Shown piece after piece: positions 1 through 10,401 of a stretch of 64,000 bases of DNA (its first letter is position 1; the number at the start of each line of letters is the position of its first letter). Both the position numbers and the translations under genes were made by a program. Where the stretch lies: positions 41,698 through 105,697 of the forward strand of contig CAZGOG010000002.1 in NCBI GenBank assembly GCA_964527555.1, read 5' to 3'. This DNA is from an uncultured Planctomycetia bacterium (GTDB lineage Bacteria > Omnitrophota > Gorgyraeia > Tantalellales > Tantalellaceae). The notes under the pieces are model-generated. The model was not told the DNA's origin. It made no database searches and saw only the letters and a list, made by a program, of their open reading frames with translations.

Positions 1-200
1 CAATATCTCGATAAAGGCTCTTTCTCTCATGCGCTGTGTGAGTTTCTTGGAGTCATCTATCCTCTCGTTAAAAGAGGCGTCGCGTATGACAACGGCAGCG
101 GCGACCACGGGTCCGGCCAAGGGGCCCCTGCCGGCTTCGTCGATCCCGGCTATACGTTTAAACCCCGCCCACTCTGCCTTCCTCTCGTAAAAAAAAGTGT
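1..200 (-). CDS. rnhB: Ribonuclease HII (N-terminal part; gene continues beyond window start)
   Basis: Minus-strand translation of ~1..160 gives ...[54 protein letters not shown], the canonical RNase HII N-terminal catalytic motif ([10 protein letters not shown]). Position downstream of rplS matches common trmD-rplS-rnhB synteny. Start codon is uncertain: there is no in-frame ATG, a possible TTG near 234 would overlap the rplS 3' end. Not in the ORF track because it runs off the window. Confidence 0.6.
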
Positions 201-208
201 CAATACTA

Positions 209-571
209 TTACTCTGACTCTTTTCTCTGGACAACTTTCTCCCTGACTTTAGTGGCTTTTTTGCCTTTTTTGCCCCTTAAGTAATACAGTTTTGCGCGCC
301 TGACTTTACCTTTTTTCCTCACCACGATCTTATCGATAAGCGGTGAATGCATCGGGAAAACACGTTCTACTCCTTCGCCGTAAGAAATGCGTCTTACCGT
401 AAAAGACTGCCGGAGCCCTCCGCCTTTCTTGCCTATAACGATACCGCTGAACAGCTGAACGCGCAGCTTGTTTTCTTCTTTGACCTTGAAATAAACATCG
501 ACATTGTCGCCTATGGCGAAGGCCGGCAACTCTCTCTTGTGTTTATTTTCAAGGGTCTCTATCTTGTTCAT
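209..571 (-). CDS. rplS: 50S ribosomal protein L19
   Basis: ORF 209..613 trimmed to the internal Met ([13 protein letters not shown]...), which aligns with the L19 N-terminus. A strong SD (aaaaaggaggagagta) lies immediately upstream of that ATG. The L19 core [16 protein letters not shown] is present. Confidence 0.9.
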   Translation of the reverse strand: MNKIETLENKHKRELPAFAIGDNVDVYFKVKEENKLRVQLFSGIVIGKKGGGLRQSFTVRRISYGEGVERVFPMHSPLIDKIVVRKKGKVRRAKLYYLRGKKGKKATKVREKVVQRKESE

Positions 572-599
572 TACTCTCCTCCTTTTTATCTGTATACGG

Positions 600-1298
600 C
601 TAATTTTCCACAAGTTTCTTTTTTATTAGATCAGGTCTCCTCTTCATGGTTCTTGAGAGCGCTTGACGTTTCTTCCATTCGTCGATTTTTTTAGGGTCCC
701 CGCTTAAAAGCACCTCGGGCACACGCATCTTCTTATACTCTGCCGGACGCGTATACTGAGGGTATTCCAAAGTGCCCCTTTCAAAAGATTCATCGAGAAG
801 GCACCCTTCGTCCCCCAAGACGCCAGGGATGAGTCTGATAATCGCGTCGCATAGGACCATCGCTGGCACTTCACCGCATGTCAGTACATAGTCCCCGATA
901 GAGATTTCCATGTCCACCAAAGAGCGTATCCTCTCGTCAAACCCTTCGTAATGCCCGCATATCAGAATTATATGTTCAAGCGAAGAAAGCATCTTTGCGG
1001 TCCTCTGCGTGAACTTGCCGCCCTGCGGGGTAATAAGCACCACCACCGGCTCTATACCGCGGGCCGCTTTTTTCTTAAGGTCCCTAAGCGCTTTATCCAC
1101 CGGCTCGACCTTCATGATCATGCCCGGTCCGCCGCCGTAAGGTTTATCGTCAACCGTCCGGTGCCGGTCACTCGTCCACTCGCGGAGATTATGCATATGG
1201 ATTTCGGCCAGGCGCTTTTCCTGCGCGATCCTCACCATGGACTCCTTGAAGACGCCCGTAAACATCCCCGGGAAAAGTGTCAGAATATCTATACGCAT
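600..1298 (-). CDS. trmD: tRNA (guanine37-N1)-methyltransferase
   Basis: 232 aa. [13 protein letters not shown]... is the SPOUT TrmD N-terminus. Lies in the conserved rpsP-(rimM)-trmD-rplS arrangement. Confidence 0.9.
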   Translation of the reverse strand: MRIDILTLFPGMFTGVFKESMVRIAQEKRLAEIHMHNLREWTSDRHRTVDDKPYGGGPGMIMKVEPVDKALRDLKKKAARGIEPVVVLITPQGGKFTQRTAKMLSSLEHIILICGHYEGFDERIRSLVDMEISIGDYVLTCGEVPAMVLCDAIIRLIPGVLGDEGCLLDESFERGTLEYPQYTRPAEYKKMRVPEVLLSGDPKKIDEWKKRQALSRTMKRRPDLIKKKLVEN

Positions 1299-1334
1299 CG
1301 ATCCACCTGGTTTTTTAAGTGCTACTTAAATTAT

Positions 1335-1574
1335 TTATATCTCAAGCCTCTTGAGAATACTTTTTACCGTGCTAGAGGGTTTTGCCCCGTTTTTTATCCA
1401 ATATTCGACACGTTCCCTGTCGAGAGTGACTTCATTCTTGTCCTTTTTCGGGTCATAAAGTCCCAGCTCTTCTAAAGCCTTCCCATCCCGTTTTTTCGAT
1501 TTCGTCATGGCGACAATACGGTAAAAAGGGTTTTTCTTGGTGCCGAACATCTTCAGTCTAAGAACAACTGCCAT
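1335..1574 (-). CDS. rpsP: 30S ribosomal protein S16
   Basis: 79 aa. MAVVLRLKMFGTKKNPFYRIV matches the S16 N-terminus. SD aggagg precedes the ATG. Confidence 0.9.
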   Translation of the reverse strand: MAVVLRLKMFGTKKNPFYRIVAMTKSKKRDGKALEELGLYDPKKDKNEVTLDRERVEYWIKNGAKPSSTVKSILKRLEI

Positions 1575-1615
1575 TGGTCCTCCTTTTCGAGGCGCGTTAT
1601 TTAAACGCGCGCCTT

Positions 1616-2881
1616 TTATTCTTTCACTCTTTTGACTTTCGCGCCTACCGCTGAAAGCTTCCGTTCGATATGCTCATAACCCCTGTCGAGGTGATAAATC
1701 CTTGAGATTTCTGTGCGGCCCTCCGCCACCAGTCCCGCCAGGACCAACGCGGCAGAAGCCCTCAGATCCGAAGCCATAACCGGTGCCCCGCTGAGGCGTT
1801 TAACGCCCCTTATGATCGCGGTGGAACCTTCCAGTATGATATCCGCGCCCATCCTGTTAAGCTCGCTTATGTGGATGAATCTTTCCGGATATATCTTCTC
1901 AGTAATAACACTTATGCCGCTGCAAAGGGTAAAAAGACTCATCATCTGCGCCTGAAGATCCGTCGGGAAGCCCGGATACGTCAGGGTCGTGACATCCGTG
2001 GGCAGGATCTTGCCGGTCTTTCTGTATACTTCGACCCCTCCGGGGCGTTCCTCGACCATGCCGCCGGAATCCTCCAGCTTATCAATAAGCGCAAGATTAT
2101 GCGCCAGATCCGCATTCTCGAGGAAGAGCCTGCTTCCCGTCAAGACGGCCGCTATCATGTAAGTACCCGATTCGATCCTGTCGGGGATGACCGTGTGGCG
2201 AGCCCCCTCAAGGCGCTTAACACCGCGCACTCTGAGTGTAGGAGTGCCGGCGCCCTCTATGTCCGCCCCCATCTTACGCAAGAAGTTCACCAGGTCCGTG
2301 ATCTCCGGTTCACACGCGGCATCTTCTATCACGCTCTGGCCTTCGGCCAGGACCGCTGCCATAAGCGTATTGGCCGTGGCAAGCACGCTTGAGCCGAAAT
2401 GCCCGCCCAGGTATATCCGCGCGCCTTTTAGTTTTTTGGCGCTGGCGACTATATATCCCTCTTCAATGCGTATATCCGCACCCAGTGCACGCAGACCCTT
2501 AAGATGCAGGTCAATGGGCCTGGGCCCTATTACGCATCCTCCCGGAAAAGAGACCTTGGCCTCTTTATACCTTGCAAGAAGCGGCCCCAGAACCGCTATA
2601 GAAGCGCGCATGGTGCTCACCAGCTCATATGCGGCGGTAACGTTCTTGACCTCACCCGGAGATATCCTTACTCCGCTGTTTTCTTTTTTTATGCCGCGGC
2701 CGAACTCCCCGAGGAGTTTTATCATGGTGGAAACGTCTTTTAGGTCCGGCACGTTTGAGATACTGCACTCCTCATCGGTAAGCAGGGTCGCCGCCAGGAT
2801 CGGCAGGCAAGCGTTTTTCGCCCCGCTTATGCGTACGGTACCGGTAAGTTTCCTCCCGCCCTCAATGATAAGCTTATCCAT
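1616..2881 (-). CDS. murA: UDP-N-acetylglucosamine 1-carboxyvinyltransferase
   Basis: 421 aa. MDKLIIEGGRKLTGTVRISGAKNACLPILAATLL is the MurA/EPT-family N-terminus, and length is appropriate. Confidence 0.9.
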   Translation of the reverse strand: MDKLIIEGGRKLTGTVRISGAKNACLPILAATLLTDEECSISNVPDLKDVSTMIKLLGEFGRGIKKENSGVRISPGEVKNVTAAYELVSTMRASIAVLGPLLARYKEAKVSFPGGCVIGPRPIDLHLKGLRALGADIRIEEGYIVASAKKLKGARIYLGGHFGSSVLATANTLMAAVLAEGQSVIEDAACEPEITDLVNFLRKMGADIEGAGTPTLRVRGVKRLEGARHTVIPDRIESGTYMIAAVLTGSRLFLENADLAHNLALIDKLEDSGGMVEERPGGVEVYRKTGKILPTDVTTLTYPGFPTDLQAQMMSLFTLCSGISVITEKIYPERFIHISELNRMGADIILEGSTAIIRGVKRLSGAPVMASDLRASAALVLAGLVAEGRTEISRIYHLDRGYEHIERKLSAVGAKVKRVKE

Positions 2882-3551
2882 TCTTCCACCCCGTAATGAC
2901 GCGTTCGTATCCCGCCTGGTCCCTGAAACCGGCGATATTCTTAAAACCGTTGTCGTAAAAACCTTTTTTCACCTTCTCCGCCTGGTCGTATCCTATCTCG
3001 AGGGCAAGGAATCCCCCCGTCTTAAGGAACAGCGGGCTTTCCCGCAGGAGAATATCAAGATAATCCATGCCTTCTTCCCCGGCATAAAGAGCTATTTTGG
3101 GCTCCGCTTTGACCCAGGCGTCAAGGCCATCGTAATCCTTGTCTGAGACGTAGGGCGGGTTCGAGACGACACAGTCAAAAGAGTTTTCCCGTTTTCCTCT
3201 AAACGCCGAAAACATGTCCGAGACCACAAGTTCAACGTTTCCGACGCAATCAAAACGTTTTAAATTCTCCCCAGCCACGCTCAAAGCTTCATCTGAGACG
3301 TCCGAAGCGATTATACGGCATCTTTTCAAAAGTTTCGTAAGACCCAGCGGGATGATCCCGCTTCCGGTGCCCACATCAATTATGAAAGGCTCGCTAAAGG
3401 CCGCTTTCCGGCACAGTTCTGACGCGGCAGTTACCAAAAGTTCCGTCTCGGGGCGCGGTATGAGCACCCTCTCATCCACCGCAACTTCCATGTCCATGAA
3501 AGAAGCCTTACCCTCTTCATACTGTACCGGCACTTTGTCGGAATAGTCCAT
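2874..3551 (-). CDS. prmC: Release factor glutamine N5-methyltransferase (PrmC/HemK), N-terminally short form
   Basis: 225 aa. Contains VLIPRPETE, the DVGTGSGIIPL SAM motif and the NPPY catalytic motif. Sits directly downstream of prfA as in the conserved prfA-prmC operon. Only ~28 aa precede the VLIPRPETE block. Confidence 0.85.
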   Translation of the reverse strand: MDYSDKVPVQYEEGKASFMDMEVAVDERVLIPRPETELLVTAASELCRKAAFSEPFIIDVGTGSGIIPLGLTKLLKRCRIIASDVSDEALSVAGENLKRFDCVGNVELVVSDMFSAFRGKRENSFDCVVSNPPYVSDKDYDGLDAWVKAEPKIALYAGEEGMDYLDILLRESPLFLKTGGFLALEIGYDQAEKVKKGFYDNGFKNIAGFRDQAGYERVITGWKNG

Positions 3552-3561
3552 AAAAGTTTTT

Positions 3562-4644
3562 TTAGCTCGCCCCTATCTTCAGTTTTCTATCCTCTTCTTC
3601 AAGAGCTTCTATTATCCTGTCAAGCTCTCCGCACTCAAGGATATTCGAAAGATCATGTATCGTCAGGTTGATACGGTGATCGGTTATCCGGTTCTCCGGA
3701 AAATTATAAGTCCTTATCTTCTCGGACCTGTCCCCGCTGCCGACCTGCTTTTTCCTGGCGCTGGAGATCGCTTTTCTTTGTTCTTCCTGCTTCTTCTCAA
3801 GTATGCGCGCTTTAAGCACCCGCATCGCCTTGGCTTTATTCTTGTGCTGGCTTCTTTCGTCCTGGCAGCTTACTACAACGCCGGTAGGCATATGAGTTAT
3901 GCGCACAGCCGAATCCGTAACGTTCACATGCTGCCCGCCGGCTCCGCTCGCACGGTAAACGTCTATCTTGAGGTCCTGCGGGTTTATCTCGACTTCCACG
4001 TCTTCCGCTTCCGGCAGGACCGCGACGGTAGCGGCTGAAGTGTGCACTCTTCCGCTTGCCTCGGTCTCGGGTACACGCTGCACCCTGTGAGTACCCATCT
4101 CGAATCTCAGGAACTTGAAGACCCGCTCGCCTTCCACGGAAAAAATGATCTCTTTTATGCCGCCGCGTTCCGTTTCGCTCAAACTCATTATCGAACTTTT
4201 CCAGCCCTTTTTATCGATATATTTCGCGTACATCCTATAGAGATCACCGGCAAAAAGCGCCGCTTCCACGCCGCCGGTACCGGCCCTTATCTCCATGATG
4301 ACGTTACGGCTGTATTCTGCCTCATCGCAAGAAAAAAGCATGTCCTCAAGTTCCTTTTTTTTCGCATCTATCGCCTCAAGGACGCTGTCGAGCTCTTTCT
4401 CAGCCAAGAGGGCATATTCGCTTGTCTTTTCTTCCTCCGCGATCATCTTATCCAGCTCTTCTTTTTCTTTTAGAAGAGCAAGATACTTGTCGTACTTTGC
4501 GACGATCTCTTTCAGCTCGGCGTATTCTTTGGCCTTCTCTTTGTACTTCTGGCGGTTGGATAAGAGTTCCGGCGAAGAAAGCTCCTTCTCCAGGATCATG
4601 TATTCTTCTTTCTTCTTCTTAAGTCCCTCAAACATTTTTTCCAT
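3562..4644 (-). CDS. prfA: Peptide chain release factor 1
   Basis: 360 aa. GGQHVN motif with SAVRITHMPTGVVV. Class-I release factor, RF1 by synteny with prmC. Confidence 0.9.
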   Translation of the reverse strand: MEKMFEGLKKKKEEYMILEKELSSPELLSNRQKYKEKAKEYAELKEIVAKYDKYLALLKEKEELDKMIAEEEKTSEYALLAEKELDSVLEAIDAKKKELEDMLFSCDEAEYSRNVIMEIRAGTGGVEAALFAGDLYRMYAKYIDKKGWKSSIMSLSETERGGIKEIIFSVEGERVFKFLRFEMGTHRVQRVPETEASGRVHTSAATVAVLPEAEDVEVEINPQDLKIDVYRASGAGGQHVNVTDSAVRITHMPTGVVVSCQDERSQHKNKAKAMRVLKARILEKKQEEQRKAISSARKKQVGSGDRSEKIRTYNFPENRITDHRINLTIHDLSNILECGELDRIIEALEEEDRKLKIGAS

Positions 4645-4792
4645 AGCGCACTGATAAAATAAAGCATTATAAGCGAATAGTCGTTAGCCCATAGTACCTG
4701 GCTCATTCCCCAGCCAAGCGCTATAACTAACGACTAATATATTCCGCGAAAGTTTATTTTTCCTTCCAAATCACTTGCAACGATTTTTCTCT

Positions 4793-5104
4793 TTAAGTTT
4801 CACTGGGCTCTTCGGGCGTTTTCTCTTCCGGAGTCTTGGAGACTTCTTCCCGGGCTTTTGGAGACTCTTCCTTCCGGCTGGCAGCTTTTTTCCCTTTTTC
4901 CTTCTCGGCCTTTTCATACCGTTTCTGGAAGCGTTCCACCCTGCCCGCAGAGTCAACTAGCTTTTGCTTGCCGGTATAAAAAGGATGGCATTTTGAGCAT
5001 ATTTCAACATGTATGTTCTCTTTTGTTGAACGCGTATGCACAGTATTGCCGCATGCACAGACAATGGTAGTTTCCTTATATTCAGGATGTATACCTTTCT
5101 TCAC
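4793..5104 (-). CDS. rpmE: 50S ribosomal protein L31 (Zn-ribbon type) with K/E-rich C-terminal tail
   Basis: 103 aa. [27 protein letters not shown]...[13 protein letters not shown] is L31 with CxC...CxxC. About 35 extra lysine/glutamate-rich residues at the C-terminus. GTG start with SD aagggggttagaaGTG. Confidence 0.85.
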   Translation of the reverse strand: MKKGIHPEYKETTIVCACGNTVHTRSTKENIHVEICSKCHPFYTGKQKLVDSAGRVERFQKRYEKAEKEKGKKAASRKEESPKAREEVSKTPEEKTPEEPSET

Positions 5105-5274
5105 TTCTAACCCCCTTTATAAATATATTATTCTTATACAGTTATAAACAAGAGTAAATATTTTACTAAAATTTCAATAAATATCAAGTATTAATTATGA
5201 CCCGAAGGAATATCGCGTCTTTTAGGGGAAAATCCCCGACTCATACGTACTCGGTAAGGCTTTACAGAAAAAAA

Positions 5275-6555
5275 CTAGCTTTTACCCATATTCTGAAGGA
5301 ATTCCTTGTTCGTCTTGGATTTACCCAGACGGTCCAGAAGCAGTTGCATCGCTTCCACAGAATCAAGATCGCTTAGAGCCTTGCGCATAAGCCATATTTT
5401 CTTGAGTTCGTCTTCTTCGACAAGCAGCTCTTCTTTTCGCGTATTCGAGCGCTTTATGTCTATCGCCGGATAGATCCTGCGCTGGAAAAGGTTCCTGTCA
5501 AGCTGGATCTCCATGTTGCCGGTACCCTTGAACTCTTCGAATATGACCTCGTCCATGCGGCTGCCGGTATCGACCAAAGCGGTGGCGATTATCGTGAGGC
5601 TCCCCCCCTCCTCCACGTTACGCGCTGAACCGAAGAAACGTTTGGGCTTATGAAGGGCGTTTGCGTCCACTCCGCCGGAAAGTATCTTGCCCGAATGCGG
5701 CACGACGGTATTATACGCACGCGCCAGGCGCGTTATCGAATCAAGCAGTATGACAACGTCGTATTTGTGTTCCACAAGCCGTTTTGCTTTTTTAAGCACC
5801 ATCTCGGCGACCTGGGTATGCCGCTGCGCCTGTTCATCAAAAGTCGAAGCCACCACTTCCGCCTTTACCGAACGCTGCATGTCGGTAACCTCTTCCGGGC
5901 GCTCATCGATAAGCAGTATTATGAGCTTGACCTCGGGATAGTTTGTCGTGATGCTGTTGGCGAACTTCTGAAGGAAGACCGTCTTGCCGCTATAGGGAGG
6001 CGCGACTATCATCCCCCTTTGCCCTTTACCCACGGGTGTAAGAAGATCCATCACGCGCATGGATATCTCCTTGGGGTCCGTCTCCAGGGCAAAACGTTCG
6101 TCAGGGTACAGCGGCGTCAGGTTCTCGAAAAGTATCTTGTTCTTCGTGACCTCCGGGTTCTCAAAGTTCACAGCCTCTACCTTTAAAAGGGCAAAATAGC
6201 GTTCACCCTCTTTCGGGGGACGGATCTGGCCGCTAACCGTATCACCCGTCTTAAGATTAAACCGGCGTATCTGCGAGGGTGAGACGTAGATGTCGTCCGG
6301 GCACGGCAGGTAACTGTAATCGGGACTTCTTAAAAACCCGAATCCGTCCTCCAGCACCTCGAGCACACCTTCCCCGTATGCCAGGCCGTCTTTCTCGATC
6401 TTCGCCTGCAGGATCTTAAAAATAAGATCGTGCTTCTTCATGCCGCTCATACCGTTGATCTTAAGCGTCTTGGCAAGCTCCGTAAGCTCGGCGATCTTCA
6501 TGTTCTTCAGTTTTACGATGTCTAGCTCTTTCTCTCTTTTTGCACGTTTTTCCAT
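5275..6555 (-). CDS. rho: Transcription termination factor Rho
   Basis: 426 aa. N-terminal [16 protein letters not shown] (Rho_N), RNA-binding cold-shock-like domain, RecA-type ATPase with Walker A (APPYSGKT). The start may be the internal Met at ~6501 rather than 6555 (the latter overlaps coaE by 34 nt). Confidence 0.9.
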   Translation of the reverse strand: MEKRAKREKELDIVKLKNMKIAELTELAKTLKINGMSGMKKHDLIFKILQAKIEKDGLAYGEGVLEVLEDGFGFLRSPDYSYLPCPDDIYVSPSQIRRFNLKTGDTVSGQIRPPKEGERYFALLKVEAVNFENPEVTKNKILFENLTPLYPDERFALETDPKEISMRVMDLLTPVGKGQRGMIVAPPYSGKTVFLQKFANSITTNYPEVKLIILLIDERPEEVTDMQRSVKAEVVASTFDEQAQRHTQVAEMVLKKAKRLVEHKYDVVILLDSITRLARAYNTVVPHSGKILSGGVDANALHKPKRFFGSARNVEEGGSLTIIATALVDTGSRMDEVIFEEFKGTGNMEIQLDRNLFQRRIYPAIDIKRSNTRKEELLVEEDELKKIWLMRKALSDLDSVEAMQLLLDRLGKSKTNKEFLQNMGKS

Positions 6556-7121
6556 ATCTCTTCGACTCCTTTTTTTATTTTTTCTAGACCACTATCGTTA
6601 TCTATGACATAATCGGCGAATTTTGCTTTCTCGCTAAGAGGCAGCTGCTCTTCTATAATACGCTTAGCCTCCTCGCTTGAGATCCCCCGATTCTTTGCCC
6701 TTTTTATCTGAGTGCCCGCAGAACTTCTCACGACAACCACGATGTCCACATAATCATGCAAGTTCGTTTCAACCAGCAGCGGCGCATCGATGACAACCAC
6801 GGGACTATTCGACCCGGCGGTTTCTTCCTTGATCCGGCGGATGATCTCAGGATGCATTATGCCGGAAAGCTTCTTTAGTTTTTCTTTGTCTGAGAAAACC
6901 TTCCCGGCAAGTTTCTTTCTGTCTATTTTGCTTCCGGTGAGGATCTCCCTGCCGAATAGATCCAGGACTTTTGCGATTATCCGCTCATCTTCCTCCAAAA
7001 GCTTATGAGCGATGCCGTCAGCGTCTATCTTAAAAGCGCCTTTGGATGCGAACATATCGCTTGCGGTAGTCTTGCCCGTGGCCAGGGCCCCCGTTACTCC
7101 GATGATTATTTTTTTCTTCAT
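6522..7121 (-). CDS. coaE: Dephospho-CoA kinase
   Basis: 199 aa. [20 protein letters not shown]-loop at the N-terminus, typical CoaE size. Confidence 0.85.
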   Translation of the reverse strand: MKKKIIIGVTGALATGKTTASDMFASKGAFKIDADGIAHKLLEEDERIIAKVLDLFGREILTGSKIDRKKLAGKVFSDKEKLKKLSGIMHPEIIRRIKEETAGSNSPVVVIDAPLLVETNLHDYVDIVVVVRSSAGTQIKRAKNRGISSEEAKRIIEEQLPLSEKAKFADYVIDNDSGLEKIKKGVEEIWKNVQKERKS

Positions 7122-7132
7122 ACCAGGTCTCC

Positions 7133-9769
7133 CTACAGCGCCACTTCTTCCAGGTCCAGCCAGTTCCTGCCCGCCTCAACATCCACTTTAAGAGGGACCT
7201 TAAGCTCGATAACGCCTTCCATGAGTCTTTTCACTTTTTCGCTGGCTTCTTCCAGCATCTCTAGAGGCAGCTTAAAGACAAGCTCATCGTGCACCTGTAT
7301 GATCGTTTTCACTCCGGAAGCCTTAAACTCCTTATCGCAAGCTATCATCGCAAGTTTTATGAGATCCGCCGCCGAACCCTGCACGGGCGTGTTGACCGCG
7401 ACTCTTTCGGCAAAACCTTTTACGTGTTCGTTTGAGGCGTTTATCTCAGGGATATACCTTCTCCTTTTTAATAGCGTCGTGACAAAACCTTTTTTCCTGG
7501 CGGAAGCGATCGTCTTCGTTATAAAAGACTTCACCCCGCTGTATCGTTTGAAATAAGCGTCGATGAAGCCTTGCGCTTCTTCGGCGCTTATGCCTAAGTC
7601 TTTTGCCAGGCCGAAAGCGCTCATGCCGTAAGCTATCCCGAAATTAACCGTCTTGGCCACCGAACGCATCTTATCGGTCACTTCCGCAAGCTTACAGCCG
7701 TATATCTCACTCGCGGTTGAGCGGTGCACATCCTCTCCTTTTTTAAAAGCCGATATCAAACGCTTGTCATCCGCCAGGTGCGCCAGAATCCTGAGCTCCA
7801 CCTGGGAATAGTCCGCCGCAAGAAGCACCATGCCTTTCCCGCCGGGTATAAACGCGCGCCTGACCTCTTTGCCCAGTTTCGTTTTTATGGGGATATTCTG
7901 CAGGTTCGGCTCGCTCGAGGAAAGCCTGCCCGTTGCGGTGACCGCCTGGTTGAAATGGGCATGCAGCGTGTGAGTGCCCTCATCCACCAGGTTCAGTATC
8001 GAATCATAATAAGTGCTTTTAAGTTTGCTTATCTCGCGGTACTCCAGAAGCACCGCGGGCAGTTCATGCACTTCCGTCAGCCGGCGGAGAACCGACTCAT
8101 CGGTCGAGGCGCCCGTCTTTGTCTTTTTCGTCACGGCAAGGCCCAGTTTCTCATACAGAATGACCTGGAGCTGCTTGGGTGAATTTATATTGAATTCTTC
8201 TCCGGCAAGTTTATATATCCGTGAGGATATTTCCTCCAGCTCTTTCTCCATGGCTTTGGAGCGCGTCTCGAGGTACTTGATGTCGATGCCCACGCCTTCA
8301 GCCTCCATATCGGCAAGGATACCGGCAAGCGGCATCTCGACGTCCCTGAAAAGAGGTTTGAGATGCTTCTCGTCAAGCTGCGGCTCTAACACGTTATACA
8401 GTCTCTCTATTATATCGCTTCTTTCACACGCATGAAGGGCTTCTTTGACGCCTGAGAAGTCCATCTCGGCCTGGCCGCTCGCGCCCCAGCCGACTGCCCC
8501 GGTATCCTCCGAAAGGCTGTATCCAAGCTGACGCATCGCTATCGATTCCAGGTCGTATTTCCCGCGCGAGGGATCGATAAGGTAATCGGCTATCATCACG
8601 TCGAACGAGACGCCTTTAATATCGATACCGCGCTTGCGTAAAGCGAGTATATCGTTTTTTATGTCATGCCCCCTCTTCTGGAGGGTATCATCTTCAAGAA
8701 CGCCTTTAATTATAGGCAGGAGTTCTTTGTTCATCGGGATAAAGTAAGCTAACCTCTCATCGCAGGAAAACGCAATCCCGTTTATGTCGGAGTCCGCGAA
8801 AGAGACGCTCATCGAAACCTTCTTACCCCTCGACATCTCTTTTACGGCTTCTTCTACTTCTTTGGGTTTCTTTTTTACGGCGTATTTAGTCTCCTCCCTC
8901 TCTATAGTAGAGATCTCCTTTAAAAGCTTCTGGAACTCGAATTCCTTAAAGAGTTCCTTCAGGCGGTCCGTATCGGCTTCGCCTAAATGCGCCTCATCGA
9001 TATCCATATCCACATCCACTTCCATGTCCAGCTGTGCGAGCTGGCGGCTGAGCTCTGCCATCTCTTTGCCTTCGATGAGTTTTTTCTTTGTCGCTTCTGA
9101 AGCGATTCTATCGACATTCTCATAAACACCCTTAAGCGAACCGTACTCTTGGATAAGTTTGGCAGCGGTGACCTTGCCGATACCTTTCACCCCGGGTATA
9201 TTATCGGTCGTATCCCCTATAAGAGCCATAAGGTCTACCATCTTAGAGGGAGAGACCCCGTACTTCTCCTCGACGCTTTTCGCGTCATACAGTTTATCAC
9301 CCATCGGGTGCGGCGAAAGAACCTTGGTCTTTTCATCCACGAGCTGCAGGGCGTCTTTATCCCCGGTGACTATCGTCACCAGAAAACCCTTCTTCTTAGC
9401 CTCTTTGGTCAAAGTCGCGATAATATCATCCGCTTCATACCCCTCTTTCTCGCATACGGGGATCCTGTACGCTTCGACCAGCTCTTTGATCCTGGGGATC
9501 TGGCTGATAAGGTCGTCCGGCATCACCGGACGGTGCACCTTGTACTCTTTATACTTTTTATGCCTGACTGTCGGCCCTTTCACGTCAAAAGCTACGGCCA
9601 GCATGTCGGGTTGATATTCCCGGATAAGCTTACGCAATATGTTTAAAAAACCGTATATCGCATTGGTGGGCATGCCCTTGGAGGTACTCAGCTCGCGTAT
9701 AGCGTAGTACGCCCGATAGCAAAGCGAATGTCCGTCTACAAGGTAAATATTTTTACTTTTCTTGCTCAT
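7133..9769 (-). CDS. polA: DNA polymerase I (5'-3' exonuclease + 3'-5' exonuclease + polymerase domains)
   Basis: 878 aa. N-terminal 5'-nuclease (YLVDGHSLCYRAYYA), a central 3'-5' exo-like region, and family-A polymerase motifs (DYSQVELRILAHL, VHDELVF). Confidence 0.95.
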   Translation of the reverse strand: MSKKSKNIYLVDGHSLCYRAYYAIRELSTSKGMPTNAIYGFLNILRKLIREYQPDMLAVAFDVKGPTVRHKKYKEYKVHRPVMPDDLISQIPRIKELVEAYRIPVCEKEGYEADDIIATLTKEAKKKGFLVTIVTGDKDALQLVDEKTKVLSPHPMGDKLYDAKSVEEKYGVSPSKMVDLMALIGDTTDNIPGVKGIGKVTAAKLIQEYGSLKGVYENVDRIASEATKKKLIEGKEMAELSRQLAQLDMEVDVDMDIDEAHLGEADTDRLKELFKEFEFQKLLKEISTIEREETKYAVKKKPKEVEEAVKEMSRGKKVSMSVSFADSDINGIAFSCDERLAYFIPMNKELLPIIKGVLEDDTLQKRGHDIKNDILALRKRGIDIKGVSFDVMIADYLIDPSRGKYDLESIAMRQLGYSLSEDTGAVGWGASGQAEMDFSGVKEALHACERSDIIERLYNVLEPQLDEKHLKPLFRDVEMPLAGILADMEAEGVGIDIKYLETRSKAMEKELEEISSRIYKLAGEEFNINSPKQLQVILYEKLGLAVTKKTKTGASTDESVLRRLTEVHELPAVLLEYREISKLKSTYYDSILNLVDEGTHTLHAHFNQAVTATGRLSSSEPNLQNIPIKTKLGKEVRRAFIPGGKGMVLLAADYSQVELRILAHLADDKRLISAFKKGEDVHRSTASEIYGCKLAEVTDKMRSVAKTVNFGIAYGMSAFGLAKDLGISAEEAQGFIDAYFKRYSGVKSFITKTIASARKKGFVTTLLKRRRYIPEINASNEHVKGFAERVAVNTPVQGSAADLIKLAMIACDKEFKASGVKTIIQVHDELVFKLPLEMLEEASEKVKRLMEGVIELKVPLKVDVEAGRNWLDLEEVAL

Positions 9770-10034
9770 GCGTTAATCGGAATAATAAATGGCCGGCCTT
9801 TTCGAGTAGCTTTAAAGGGAATGGGAATATGCATTTCTTTCTATGGCTATAAAATAAACATACAATCCGAGTATACTTTTGCGTTTTGTGTAAGGAAATA
9901 CTTTTGGCGAGTTTTATAATCCTCTTTATTATAATATTTTCTAATATTATGTCAAGCAAACTTTAAAGAAATAACACGAAACTCCATGGCCCCTTAAAAG
10001 CAGCTCTAAAAAGGCCCCTAAAAGAGGCGCATGA

Positions 10035-10400
10035 TTAGAAACGAAAAATCACAATCAAAAGCAGCGCAATAAGCACCGCTGAAACCACATAGAAATCACT
10101 GAAGTAGAAAAAATCGGCAATCTTGTCGATGAAGGTGTCCCTCGACCTCTTCGTGTCCATCACTTCAAGCCGCTCTTTGGGGCGCTTAGGCGTCTGGACG
10201 ACAGGCGCTTTATCCTTGCTGCTGATACGGGAATCTATTTCTGAGCGTATGGCGTCGATCTGATCCCGCCTGAAACGCAAAAGCTCTCCGCCGAGCTTGT
10301 ACGCTACGATCACTTTCCTCTCGACAAGGTCGATTATTTTCTCTTCACTGATCCCTAAATAGTCGGACAGCTCCTGTAAAGTAAGCAGCTTCTCGGGCAT
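10035..10400 (-). CDS. Excisionase-family (HTH_17-like) DNA-binding protein with C-terminal transmembrane anchor
   Basis: 121 aa. N-terminal LTLQELSDYLGISEEKIIDLVERKVIVAYKLGGELLRFRRDQIDAI resembles excisionase/MerR-superfamily HTH. C-terminal FYFSDFYVVSAVLIALLLIVIF is a hydrophobic helix. Family assignment from motif memory only. Confidence 0.55.
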   Translation of the reverse strand: MPEKLLTLQELSDYLGISEEKIIDLVERKVIVAYKLGGELLRFRRDQIDAIRSEIDSRISSKDKAPVVQTPKRPKERLEVMDTKRSRDTFIDKIADFFYFSDFYVVSAVLIALLLIVIFRF

Positions 10401-10401
10401 A

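Noticed and set aside
1591-1620. GC-rich hairpin (ggcgcgtt...aacgcgcgcc) followed by TTTTATT on the plus strand between murA and rpsP
   Set aside because: It would be a terminator only for plus-strand transcription, and no plus-strand gene exists here. On the transcribed minus strand it lacks a U-tract and overlaps the rpsP SD region. It is possibly a 5'-UTR structure, but this is not supportable.
2187-3146. 319-aa plus-strand ORF, plus many other 60-260 aa plus-strand ORFs in the track (e.g. 7005..7556, 17504..18199, 20051..20716, 26522..27304, 50869..51582)
   Set aside because: All are antisense to strongly supported minus-strand genes (murA/prmC, polA, gatA, pdxA/surA, nadD/proA, pilT). 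Their translations are low-complexity or Ser/Arg/Leu-rich with no recognisable motifs, so they are shadow ORFs.
5200-5240. Short hairpin ggggattttcccc downstream of the rho stop
   Set aside because: Only a 5-bp stem with no U-run on the transcribed strand, so it is too weak to call a terminator.
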